Shown one piece after another: positions 9,053 to 18,116 of a stretch of DNA of 64,000 bases. Below the pieces are notes generated by a model. It had not been told where the DNA came from. It saw nothing but the letters and a program-made list of their open reading frames with translations, and did not search any database. The translations under genes and the position numbers were made by a program. The stretch spans positions 156,266-220,265 of the forward strand of contig JARLHZ010000025.1 of assembly GCA_031291995.1 (NCBI GenBank), written 5' to 3'. Source of the stretch: Candidatus Doudnabacteria bacterium (lineage in GTDB: Bacteria; Patescibacteriota; Doudnabacteria; UBA920). The first letter of the stretch is position 1; each line of letters begins with the position of its first letter.

Positions 9053-9180
9053 AGTAATCGCTAATATACGAATCATTTATAATATACGAAGCGGTCCACT
9101 GTAAGCCGCCTGTTCTACGAAGTAATGCCTACAACTGACGGCTTCGTATATTAATTTTGATTCGTATATTCGCGATTACT
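9053..9180. repeat. MITE-like repeat family 2, copy B (best-preserved TIRs)
   Basis: agtaatcgctaatatacgaatcatttataatatacgaagcgg ... ccgtcttcgtatattaattttgattcgtatattcgcgattact, a near-perfect 40-bp TIR pair, immediately upstream of dnaE. Confidence 0.85.
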
Positions 9181-9199
9181 ATCGTGATTGCAAAAAACT

Positions 9200-12100
9200 A
9201 TGAGTTTTACCCATCTTCACTGTCATTCTCATTATTCGCTTTTGGACGGCTTGTCAAAAATTGAGCCGCTGGTTTTGCGCGCCAAGGAACTGGGAATGGC
9301 CAGTCTGGCTTTAACCGACCACGGGGTTATGTACGGAGCGGTGGAATTTTATAATGAGTGCAAAGGCGCGGGGATAAAACCGATTATCGGCATGGAAGCT
9401 TACATTGCCCCGCGCACCATGGCCGATAAAGAAGGCAAGATTGACGCCGACTACCATCATCTTATTTTATTGGCGCAAAATCAGGCCGGTTACCATAATT
9501 TAATGAAGCTTTCGACCCAGTCGCATCTTGAGGGTTTTTATTATAAGCCCAGGATAGATTTGGCTTTGCTAAAACAATATGGCGAAGGCCTGGTGTGCCT
9601 GTCCGGCTGCCAGCGCGGCGAAATCGCGCGCGCTCTTATGAACCGCGAGAGCGGTGAGGCGCAAAAAGTTTTGGATAAATATTTGGATATATTCGGGCCG
9701 GAAAGGCTGTTTATAGAAATCCAGCGTAACGCCAAAACCGAAGCCGCGCGCGAGGAAATGCTTAACGGCAAACTCATCGCGCTGGCTAATGCCAATAATT
9801 TGAGCGTGGTCGCCACTGCCGATTGCCATTATATTTATCCTGAAGATGCCGAAGCCCAGGATGTTATGGTTTGCATCGGCACGGGCCGCACGGTTAACGA
9901 TACCGACCGCTTAGATATGCGCGAATATGATTTGTCGCTTAAGTCGCCCGAAAAAATGCGGGAACTGTTTGCCGATGTTCCCGAAGCAGTGGCCAACACG
10001 CAAAAAGTCGCCGATTTGTGCGAGCTCGAGATTGAGCTTGACCAGCGCTATTTTCCCAACGTGGAAATCCCGGACGGCAAAACCGCGGAGCAGTACGTAA
10101 AAGAAATTACCAATGAAAAAGCGTTGATTTTGTACGGAAAAGATGGTGCGTTGCCCCAGCAGGTTAAAGAGCGCATAGATTATGAGATGGAAATAATCTG
10201 CAAAAAAAACTTCGTCACTTATTTTCTAATGGTGGCCGATGTGGTGGAGGGCGCCCACAAAATCGGGGCTATTACGAATACCAGGGGCTCGGCGGCCGGC
10301 AGCATAGTGGGCAGGATTTTGGGCATTACCAATATTGATCCGCTATTTTACGAACTTCCCTTTGAGCGGTTTTTGACTATGCACCGGCCGACACCGCCCG
10401 ATATAGATTTGGACATTGCCGATAACCGCCGCGACGAGGTAGTCGCGTATATTACGCAGAAGTACGGCCGGGATAAAGTCGCGCAAATTATTACCTTTGG
10501 AACCATGATGGCGCGGGCCGCCGTGCGCGATGTCGGCCGGGCTTTGGGCGTAACTTATTCCAAATGCGACCAGATTGCCAAAATGATTCCCCTCGGCAAG
10601 CAGGGTTTCCACATGACTCTGGATAAGGCGCTGGAAATGAGCCCGGAACTTAAGGAAATTTACGCGCGCGACCCCGAAACCAGGCGCATACTGGATATTG
10701 CCAAAAAAATGGAAGGCTGCGCCCGCCACGCTTCGGTACACGCGGCCGGTATTGTCATTACCCCGACCGAGCTGACTGATTATACTCCCCTGCAAAAAGA
10801 GCCGGACGGCGAAAAAATTATTACCCAGTACGATATGTATTCGCTCGACGTTAACACCAGCGGTCCAAAAGCCGTCGGCGTGGTGAAACTGGACTTATTG
10901 GGCATACGCAACCTGTCGATTTTGGAAACAGCGGTTACTCTGGCCCAAAACCGGCATAATATTTCCATTGACATCTATAATTTGCCGAGCCAGGATGCCA
11001 AAACTTTCAAACTGTTGTCCGACGGTTTAACTTTCGGTGTGTTCCAGCTTGGCTCTTCGGGCATGACTAGGAATTTGCGCGAACTGCGGCCGACCAATAT
11101 TTTTGATATTTCGGCGATGGTCGCTTTATACCGGCCGGGCCCGATGAGTATTATTCCGGACTATGTGGCCAGGAAAAACGGCCGGGCCAAAATTGAATAT
11201 TTCGACCCAAGGATGAAAAGTTATTTGGAAAAATCTTTGGGGCTTTTGGTGTACCAGGAAGATGTACTGCTGACGGCCATCCATATTGCCGGTTATAGCT
11301 GGGAGGAAGCGGACAAACTTCGAAAAGCCATGGGGAAAAAAATACCGGCCGAAATGGCCAAACAAAAATTTAAGTTTACCGAAGGCTGCGTTAAAAACGG
11401 CATGCCCCGCGTCAGGGCCGAGGAACTGTTCGGCTTAATCGAGCCGTTTGCCGCTTACGGTTTCGGCAAAGCCCACGCGGCATCGTATGCCATGGTTTCC
11501 TACCAGACCGCCTACATGAAGGCGAATTTTCCGGTGGAATTTATGGCCGCGCTTATGACCGCGGAATCCGGGGACGAAGACAAAATATATGAGGCCGTGG
11601 AAGAATGCGGACATATGGGGATTACGGTTTTGCCGCCGGACGTCAACGAGTCGCTTGGCGATTTTACCGTCGTGGACGACAAAACTATCCGGTTCGGTTT
11701 GAACGCGATTAAAAATTTGGGAAGCGATGTGATTGAGAAGGTTATACAGATTAGGGTTGAAGGTACAGGGTTCAGGGAAGATAATCCGGAAAATCACCCC
11801 TCACCCCTCACCCCTCACCCCTTTTCATCCCTTGAAGATTTTTTGATAAAATCACATACCAAGAATTTAAACAAAAAATCCTGGGAGGCTTTGGCCAAAG
11901 CCGGGGCGCTGGATTCTTTTGGCGAGCGCGGCCAGTTGCTGGCCAATACTGAAGACGTTCTTGATTTTGTGCGCCAGCATTTTAAGGACGAAAACAGCGG
12001 GCAGAATTCCCTATTCGGAAAAAGTCTTCAAAGGGGACGCTTGAAATTACGCGCGGCCGCCCCTGCTACCAAAGAGGAAATGCTGGTTTGGGAAAAAGAA

Positions 12101-12709
12101 CATTTGGGGATGTATGTGTCCGCGCACCCGCTGGACGTTTACCGCAAGGTTCTTTCTACCTTAAGGTCGGTTAAGAGCCTGTCATTAAACGAATTGGGGG
12201 CCAATGTGGTCATGGGTGGAATAATCTCGCGCCTAAAAAAAACCCTCACACGGAAAAACGATCCGATGGCCTTTTTTACCCTGGAAGACACAACCGGCAG
12301 TTTGGAAGTCCTTGTGTTTCCAAAGGTTATGGAAAAAGTCGTTCCCCTATTGGCCGACGACCGGATTGTCCAGGTAACGGGCCGGCTGTCCGATAAAGAT
12401 GAAGAGCTGAAACTAATTGCCGAAGACATTAAAGACTTACCCAACGACGAAGTCTACGGCATGGCGCTGTCGGAGATGGAAAAAAATAAGAGCGTTGTCT
12501 TGCATATGGAGCGTTTGGCCGGCATGGAAATATTAAACATCATCAAAGAAATTTTGCAAAAACACCCGGGCAATGTCCAAGTCTATTTGTCCGTCGGCAC
12601 CGGCCAATCTTCCAAAAAAATAAAAACCCAGTCGCTCGTCGCGATGAGTAATAAATTAATGGCGGAATTGAGGACGGTGCCGGAGATTGATATGGTAGAC
12701 GTGGACTGA
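9200..12709 (+). CDS. dnaE: DNA polymerase III alpha subunit
   Basis: PHP-domain N-terminus (HLHCHSHYSLLDG), polymerase core and C-terminal OB domain. Start moved from the track's TTG at 9188 to the in-frame ATG at 9200. Confidence 0.95.
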   Translation: MSFTHLHCHSHYSLLDGLSKIEPLVLRAKELGMASLALTDHGVMYGAVEFYNECKGAGIKPIIGMEAYIAPRTMADKEGKIDADYHHLILLAQNQAGYHNLMKLSTQSHLEGFYYKPRIDLALLKQYGEGLVCLSGCQRGEIARALMNRESGEAQKVLDKYLDIFGPERLFIEIQRNAKTEAAREEMLNGKLIALANANNLSVVATADCHYIYPEDAEAQDVMVCIGTGRTVNDTDRLDMREYDLSLKSPEKMRELFADVPEAVANTQKVADLCELEIELDQRYFPNVEIPDGKTAEQYVKEITNEKALILYGKDGALPQQVKERIDYEMEIICKKNFVTYFLMVADVVEGAHKIGAITNTRGSAAGSIVGRILGITNIDPLFYELPFERFLTMHRPTPPDIDLDIADNRRDEVVAYITQKYGRDKVAQIITFGTMMARAAVRDVGRALGVTYSKCDQIAKMIPLGKQGFHMTLDKALEMSPELKEIYARDPETRRILDIAKKMEGCARHASVHAAGIVITPTELTDYTPLQKEPDGEKIITQYDMYSLDVNTSGPKAVGVVKLDLLGIRNLSILETAVTLAQNRHNISIDIYNLPSQDAKTFKLLSDGLTFGVFQLGSSGMTRNLRELRPTNIFDISAMVALYRPGPMSIIPDYVARKNGRAKIEYFDPRMKSYLEKSLGLLVYQEDVLLTAIHIAGYSWEEADKLRKAMGKKIPAEMAKQKFKFTEGCVKNGMPRVRAEELFGLIEPFAAYGFGKAHAASYAMVSYQTAYMKANFPVEFMAALMTAESGDEDKIYEAVEECGHMGITVLPPDVNESLGDFTVVDDKTIRFGLNAIKNLGSDVIEKVIQIRVEGTGFREDNPENHPSPLTPHPFSSLEDFLIKSHTKNLNKKSWEALAKAGALDSFGERGQLLANTEDVLDFVRQHFKDENSGQNSLFGKSLQRGRLKLRAAAPATKEEMLVWEKEHLGMYVSAHPLDVYRKVLSTLRSVKSLSLNELGANVVMGGIISRLKKTLTRKNDPMAFFTLEDTTGSLEVLVFPKVMEKVVPLLADDRIVQVTGRLSDKDEELKLIAEDIKDLPNDEVYGMALSEMEKNKSVVLHMERLAGMEILNIIKEILQKHPGNVQVYLSVGTGQSSKKIKTQSLVAMSNKLMAELRTVPEIDMVDVD

Positions 12710-12725
12710 CCGCGGATACGCGGAT
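12708..12725. repeat. 18-bp direct repeat, left copy (gaccgcggatacgcggat), overlapping the dnaE TGA stop
   Basis: Identical 18/18 to 13515-13532. Confidence 0.8.
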
Positions 12726-12972
12726 GTTGGCATCAATAACGCAATGTGATAAATTTAACGCCGAGAGAAGTGTTGGGCTTCGTCTCGGCGTTTGGATACC
12801 GGGTCAGGCGGTTACCTCCAGCGACGCTTGTGGGCGTCGGCATGGGTGACTAAATAAATCAGCCCCACGATACGTGGGAAGAGAATGCCAATTACTGTCA
12901 GCCACGCTTTTGCCGGCGTGTTGTGAAACTCGACTTTTATATCCCGATCCGGGATATTTTGGAGATATGCGA

Positions 12973-13158
12973 TTAGCAATCGCACGCTTTTTCCTCCTGC
13001 GGCGGTTTTGCCGAGCGTTTGCCCGGCACGTGAAATAAATACACGTAGACCAGTAGAGCGAGGTCTGCCACCAGGCAGATTGAGCCGGGCAAGATATAGC
13101 CCATCGCCCATAACACCCCGCAGGACACAGCCAAAACGGTTACTATCAACATAATCAA
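12973..13158 (-). CDS. Possible small two-TM membrane protein (61 aa) inside the DR-bounded segment
   Basis: Two clear hydrophobic helices (IMLIVTVLAVSCGVLWAMGYIL, ICLVADLALLVYVYLF) and a charged tail. No homology assignable; it may be part of a frameshifted longer gene. Confidence 0.25.
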   Translation of the reverse strand: MIMLIVTVLAVSCGVLWAMGYILPGSICLVADLALLVYVYLFHVPGKRSAKPPQEEKACDC

Positions 13159-13514
13159 AATCTATTCCAATTAAGTGGTTTTTGCAAGCTGTCGGAATGT
13201 TTGTTTGGAAATCCTCTAAAATTATTGCCATAAATGCTTGTGGACAACGCTGTGTGGACAACGCTGTTGCGCCCTTTCCCAGAATTTGATATATTGTATG
13301 CAGTTCTTCAAACAGCGATCCGGCTACCAACCGGGGAGTTTGAGACAAATTGCAATAAATCTGTTATGTTCTAGAGCCATAACGGATGAAAAGTCTTTTG
13401 ATATCAAAATCAAAAGAATTCTGGGACGGAAACGTTCTGCGTAGCAGGGCCCCAGGTTTGAGTTATCAAGTAAATGATATCTCAACCTTGGGGCTTTTAC
13501 GTTTTATTTACAGA

Positions 13515-13532
13515 GACCGCGGATACGCGGAT
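13515..13532. repeat. 18-bp direct repeat, right copy (gaccgcggatacgcggat)
   Basis: Identical to 12708-12725. Preceded by a + strand hairpin with a T-run (ccccaggtttgag...ctcaaccttgggg cttttacgtttt, about 13455-13505). Confidence 0.8.
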
Positions 13533-13574
13533 CGGCCCGTATTGAAGGACGAAATCAATAAATGGCGCTTCCGT

Positions 13575-13637
13575 GTGTCATCCCGACCGAGGTTCGTCAA
13601 TGGAATTTAATGGACGGACGGAGCGGAGGGATCCCTT
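13575..13637. repeat. Family 3 repeat, partial copy (left TIR gtgtcatcccgaccgag + ggagggatccctta core)
   Basis: Shares the left TIR and central core with 13951-14026 and 2022-2134; the right TIR is missing. Confidence 0.65.
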
Positions 13638-13650
13638 ATCCTTCTAAATT

Positions 13651-13941
13651 ATGCAAGACAGCCAGTATTTTGTATACATAATGTCCAGCGTCAGCGGAAC
13701 CTTTTATATAGGAGTAACCAATGATTTATATAAAAGAGTTTACCAACATAAAAGTAATATAATCGAAGGTTTTACGAAAAAGTACGAATGCCATAAACTG
13801 ATATATTTTGAAGAGACTTCCGATATAGAGAGCGCAATTTTAAGAGAAAAGCAGTTAAAAAATTGGAATCGCAAGAAAAAAGAATTTTTAATCGCGACAA
13901 AGAACGCAATCTGGAAAGATTTAAGTTTAGATTGGAAATAA
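13651..13941 (+). CDS. Small GIY-YIG nuclease-domain protein
   Basis: YFVYIM...GTFYIGVTNDLYKRVYQHK is the GIY-YIG motif; 96 aa. Flanked by family-3 repeat copies. Confidence 0.75.
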   Translation: MQDSQYFVYIMSSVSGTFYIGVTNDLYKRVYQHKSNIIEGFTKKYECHKLIYFEETSDIESAILREKQLKNWNRKKKEFLIATKNAIWKDLSLDWK

Positions 13942-13950
13942 ATTATTAGT

Positions 13951-14026
13951 GTGTCATCCCGAGCGAGTGCAGCCGAGTCGAGGGATCCCTCCGCTCGTCG
14001 GCTGCACTCCGCGGTCGGGATGACAC
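13951..14026. repeat. Family 3 repeat, 76-bp imperfect palindrome (gtgtcatcccgagcgagtgcagccgagtcgagggatccctcc...gtcgggatgacac)
   Basis: Blocks gtgtcatcccga / gtgcagccga / gggatcc are mirrored on both arms. It lies between the GIY-YIG gene and the thrS start. Confidence 0.8.
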
Positions 14027-14043
14027 ATAATGGAGATACGGGT

Positions 14044-15798
14044 ATGGATATAAATCAGCAATTACAAAACAAACGCCATTCGCTAGCGCACCTTTTGGCC
14101 GCGGCGGTAATTAAGTTGTATCCCGGGACTAAAAGAACCATCGGACCCGCGATTGATAACGGATTTTATTATGATTTTGAGTTTAAGGAGCCGATAACCG
14201 AAAAGGATTTGCCGAAAATCGAGAAAGAAATGAAAAAGCTCCAGAAAACCTGGTCGGCTTTCGAGCGCCGGGAAATAACGGCGGACGAGGCGCGCGATAT
14301 TTTTAAAGACAACCCTTATAAGTTGGAACTCATCGACGAATTTTCCAAAGAAGGCCAGACTTTGACCATGTATAAGTCCAGCCAGTACTTTGAAGATTTA
14401 TGCCGGGGCGGCCATGCCGAGGATATGTCTAAAATAGACCCCGAGTCTTTTAAGCTGTCCAAAGTTGCCGGGGCTTACTGGCGCGGTGACGAAAAAAATA
14501 AAATGCTGACCAGAATTTACGGTCTGGCCTTTGAAACTAAAGAGGATCTGGATAAATATTTAAACATGCTGGACGAAGCGGAAAAAAGGGATCATAAAAA
14601 ATTAGGCCCCGCCTTGGATTTATTTGTGTTTTCAGATTTGGTCGGCGCCGGCTTGCCGCTGTGGACGCCCAAAGGAACGCTGGTGCGCAATTTGCTGGAT
14701 GATTATGTATGGAGCCTGCGCAAAAGTATTGGTTATGAAAAAGTGGAAATTCCCCATATTACCAAAAAGGAATTGTACGAAAAAAGCGGCCATTGGGATA
14801 AATTTAAGAACGAGCTGTTCAGGATTACCACGCGCGAAGGCCATGAATTCGCCATGAAGCCGATGAATTGCCCCCACCACACGCAGATTTATGCAAGAAA
14901 ACTATTTAGTTATCGCGAGCTTCCCCAAAAATATTCCAACACGACAACATGCTATCGCGACGAGCAGACCGGCGAACTTTCCGGCCTTTCCCGTGTGCGG
15001 GCCTTTGCCCAGGATGATGCCCATGAATTTTGCCGCTTTGGCCAGGTAAAGCAAGACTTGGGCGATATTTGGGATAAAGTGGTTGAACCATTTTACGGCT
15101 CGTTCGGCTTTAAATTAAAATTGCGTTTATCGTTGCACGACCCGGCCCAGCCGGAAAAATATTTGGGCGGCCAGGAGCGCTGGCAACAGGCCGAAAGCAT
15201 ACTTCGGGAGTTGGCAAAAGAAAGACATGTAGAGTTTGTTGAAGCTCCCGGGGAAGCGGCTTTTTACGGGCCAAAGCTGGATTTTATGGCCATGGATTCA
15301 TTAGGCCGGGAGTGGCAAGTGGCAACTATCCAGCTCGATATGAATATGCCGGAACGTTTTGATTTATATTGTATTGACGAACAGGGCCAGCATGAGCGAA
15401 TTGTCATGCTGCATGCGGCTATTATGGGCTCAATTGAAAGATTCTTGTCTATATTAATTGAACACACAGCGGGCACTTTCCCGCTTTGGCTGTCCCCTGT
15501 CCAGGTGGCGGTATTGCCGATTGGCGATAAGCAGATTGAGTATGCTAGAGATACAATTAACAATTTACGATTAACAATTAACACGTTAAGGATTGAATTG
15601 GACGACCGGGCGGAATCCATAGGCAAAAAAATCCGCGAAGCCACTTTGCAAAAAATTCCTTACCAGTTAATAATCGGCGAAAAGGAAACCGAAGCCGGCA
15701 AAGTCGCTGTCCGCTTGCGCGACGGCACCAATTTGGGTCAAATTACCGTAAAGGAGCTGGCCGATAAAATAGAGTCGGAAATTGCAAATAAATTATAA
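14044..15798 (+). CDS. thrS: Threonyl-tRNA synthetase (lacks the N-terminal TGS domain; starts at the editing domain)
   Basis: HSLAHLLAAAVIKLYPGTKRTIGPAIDNGFYYDF matches the ThrRS N2 editing domain; class II catalytic core and C-terminal anticodon-binding domain follow. Start taken at ATG 14044 (MDINQ), downstream of the palindrome that the track ORF runs through. Confidence 0.9.
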   Translation: MDINQQLQNKRHSLAHLLAAAVIKLYPGTKRTIGPAIDNGFYYDFEFKEPITEKDLPKIEKEMKKLQKTWSAFERREITADEARDIFKDNPYKLELIDEFSKEGQTLTMYKSSQYFEDLCRGGHAEDMSKIDPESFKLSKVAGAYWRGDEKNKMLTRIYGLAFETKEDLDKYLNMLDEAEKRDHKKLGPALDLFVFSDLVGAGLPLWTPKGTLVRNLLDDYVWSLRKSIGYEKVEIPHITKKELYEKSGHWDKFKNELFRITTREGHEFAMKPMNCPHHTQIYARKLFSYRELPQKYSNTTTCYRDEQTGELSGLSRVRAFAQDDAHEFCRFGQVKQDLGDIWDKVVEPFYGSFGFKLKLRLSLHDPAQPEKYLGGQERWQQAESILRELAKERHVEFVEAPGEAAFYGPKLDFMAMDSLGREWQVATIQLDMNMPERFDLYCIDEQGQHERIVMLHAAIMGSIERFLSILIEHTAGTFPLWLSPVQVAVLPIGDKQIEYARDTINNLRLTINTLRIELDDRAESIGKKIREATLQKIPYQLIIGEKETEAGKVAVRLRDGTNLGQITVKELADKIESEIANKL

Positions 15799-15804
15799 AT
15801 TTTA

Positions 15805-15930
15805 TGGATGCCGCGAAAATTAATAAAACCATAAATAAACTGGCCGATATCTTGGACGCGGAAGCCGATGCTATTGAGCGGGAGCTTTTATCGGAAACTC
15901 TTAAAGTGCCCGAAAAAAAGCGGCCATGAA
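15805..15930 (+). CDS. Possible 41-aa micro-ORF (MDAAKINKTINKLADILDAEADAIERELLSETLKVPEKKRP) translationally coupled by ATGA to the next gene
   Basis: The ATG at 15805 and the TGA at 15928-15930 overlap the ATG (15926) of the following 469-aa ORF. It is below the ORF-track length cutoff. Confidence 0.3.
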
Positions 15931-17335
15931 GCAATTGCGCGAAAATGGACCACAGGAGCCAGATCCTGAGCGGCCAAACCGTTTTCAAGAACCGGAGCAA
16001 ATTAAACCGGCCGCCGCCGAATCAAAGCCGGCGTCTTTGGAATTTTTAGACACTGGTTCTGAGAAGCTTGCGGCAATTTACGACAGGGCGAAGGATTTAT
16101 TGGGCAAGGTTAATTCCGCTCCGATCACGCCGGAACGGAAAACGGAATTAAAAAGCAAAGTCGGCGGTTATATTTTTCGCGCCGCAAAACTAATGCGCGT
16201 CGCGGCAATGATTATGTGCCTGGGCGCTATGCATGAGCTGGGAGAGCGGGAAATTAACAACATCGATATGGAAACCGACCATGTCCTTAAAGTTTTTTCG
16301 GGGATGGAAGGGCTGACCAACGAGGATAAAGAAATCGTTTTAAGAAACGCGCTGCGCGGACAATTGGCATCGGCCATAAGCTTTTATGATGAATATGGCC
16401 CGAGTGCAAAGGATCCGGAAATCCATAAAGTTTTTGTCGAAGCCGAATCGAAAGATAAGGAGAGCTTAACAAACATTAACGAGATGGATATTCAAAAAAT
16501 ATTTGGTTTGCTGGCGCGCGAAACGACTAGCCCGGAAAAAGTTCCGGTAGATGAAACTTTGGCCGAATTTAAGGCCGGGCGAATAAATTACGATGAAGAA
16601 TTGGAACGAATATTCGAAACCAGAGTGGGGAAACTGGAAACCGACAAATCAAGCAAGCCCGCCAAGTATTATTCGGCCCTCAAGGAATTATTGAATGAAT
16701 GTGGCCGCCCGAAACTCAGATTTAGGTTAAAAGAAAATAATTACCAGCCAAATCCCGGAGAAGACGAGCGGAGTTTTTTCAAACAAAATCAATTTACGGC
16801 TTTTCTTGATATACCGGTTGACAATTATTCATCCGGTGCTCTTGTGGCGGAATTGGCTCACGCTAAGCAGTGGGATGCTTTTCCGGACACCTCCGACCGG
16901 CAATTTGCGCGTGATGCTGCGTCGGTTTCGCGCATGAGTAAGGCTAGCGGGCAGAGTTATCGGAAAACTTACGACAAAACTATGTACAATAGCCAGGGCA
17001 GCGTTGAATATCAGGCCCATAAATTAATTGAGCCGGAGTTAAAAAAACGCCTAAAAAATTTACAAGCGGGCACAGCCAAGCCGCCGGTTGAAATTCAAAA
17101 TGCCGACTTGTTATTTCGACAGCGTTTGGATGAAATGGAAAATAAATTGTTTCGTCAGATTGTTGAAAATTCACAAGACTACACAAATAAGTTTAAATAT
17201 GCGACCAGTGATTTGGAAAAACGGCAATTGGAGCGTTCGCATAAATCAAAAAGTGCAGCAATCGAGGTGGAATACGAAAAAAACAGGAAAAATTTTCAGG
17301 AACAATTTTGGCGTGATTACAAGATGAAAAAATAA
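15926..17335 (+). CDS. Hypothetical charged/helical protein, 469 aa
   Basis: Long uninterrupted ORF with codon usage like its neighbours; no recognisable motifs. Confidence 0.6.
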   Translation: MKQLRENGPQEPDPERPNRFQEPEQIKPAAAESKPASLEFLDTGSEKLAAIYDRAKDLLGKVNSAPITPERKTELKSKVGGYIFRAAKLMRVAAMIMCLGAMHELGEREINNIDMETDHVLKVFSGMEGLTNEDKEIVLRNALRGQLASAISFYDEYGPSAKDPEIHKVFVEAESKDKESLTNINEMDIQKIFGLLARETTSPEKVPVDETLAEFKAGRINYDEELERIFETRVGKLETDKSSKPAKYYSALKELLNECGRPKLRFRLKENNYQPNPGEDERSFFKQNQFTAFLDIPVDNYSSGALVAELAHAKQWDAFPDTSDRQFARDAASVSRMSKASGQSYRKTYDKTMYNSQGSVEYQAHKLIEPELKKRLKNLQAGTAKPPVEIQNADLLFRQRLDEMENKLFRQIVENSQDYTNKFKYATSDLEKRQLERSHKSKSAAIEVEYEKNRKNFQEQFWRDYKMKK

Positions 17336-17353
17336 AGCGCCGTGGAGCGCTTT
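17334..17353. terminator. Short hairpin (aaagcgc-cgtgga-gcgcttt) between convergent genes
   Basis: Inverted repeat overlapping the stop codon of the 469-aa gene, 2 nt from the map stop. Confidence 0.5.
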
Positions 17354-17354
17354 A

Positions 17355-18116
17355 TTAAGTTAATATCCTTGCCCCATTTTTAGTTATGGCAACCGTGTGC
17401 TCAAAGTGGGCGGAAAGTCCGCCGTCGCGGGTGGAGATGGTCCAGCCGTCGTTTTCCATAACGATAAAATATTCGTGTTCGCAGAGCATGGGCTCTATGG
17501 CAATAACCAACCCTTCGGCCAGCTTCATTCCCTGGCCTTTTTTGCCGTAGTTAGGCACGGCCGGGTCTTCGTGGACTTCGTAGCCGACACCGTGGCCGAC
17601 CAAATCACGCACTACGGAAAAGCCGGCGTTTTCGGCGATTTTTTGGGTGGCATAGGCAATATCGCCGATGGTGTTGCCAGGGCGCGCCTCGGCAATGGCC
17701 GCGTTTAGGGATTTTTTAGTCGCGTCGACGAGTTTTTGGGCTTTGGCTGAAATTTTTCCCACCGGTACGGTTATGGCGGTGTCGGTATATAAGCCTTTAT
17801 ATTCCATGCCAATATCGAGGCCGACAATATCGCCTTCCTTTAAAACCGCCTGCCGGGAAGGGATGCCGTGGACAATTACCGAGTTAATGGACGTGCAAAG
17901 ACCAGCCGGAAAGGGGTTGCTTTTGTCGCCGTAGTTTTTAAAGCTCGGCCGGCCGCCGGCATTTTTAATTTCTTTTTCCGCGAACTGATTCAGGTCCCAG
18001 GTGGAGATTCCTGGTCTGACCATGCCGGCCGCCGCATAAAGAACGTCACGCAAAAGCCGCCCGCCTTCGGCGATAATCTCAATTTCTTCGGCAGTTTTAA
18101 TTAGCCCGCGTTTCAT
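17355..18116 (-). CDS. map: Methionine aminopeptidase type I
   Basis: MetAP fold motifs (HGIPS...GDIVGLD...GHGVG...HE). Start taken at the internal ATG (MKRGLIKTAEEIE). Confidence 0.9.
   Translation of the reverse strand: MKRGLIKTAEEIEIIAEGGRLLRDVLYAAAGMVRPGISTWDLNQFAEKEIKNAGGRPSFKNYGDKSNPFPAGLCTSINSVIVHGIPSRQAVLKEGDIVGLDIGMEYKGLYTDTAITVPVGKISAKAQKLVDATKKSLNAAIAEARPGNTIGDIAYATQKIAENAGFSVVRDLVGHGVGYEVHEDPAVPNYGKKGQGMKLAEGLVIAIEPMLCEHEYFIVMENDGWTISTRDGGLSAHFEHTVAITKNGARILT

Noticed and set aside
12812-13348. 178-aa minus-strand ORF inside the direct-repeat-bounded segment
   Set aside because: Arg/Gly-rich with no domain. It overlaps a more protein-like 61-aa two-TM ORF in another frame and contains a tandem nucleotide duplication. 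It is probably noncoding or a frameshifted remnant, so it is not called as a CDS.
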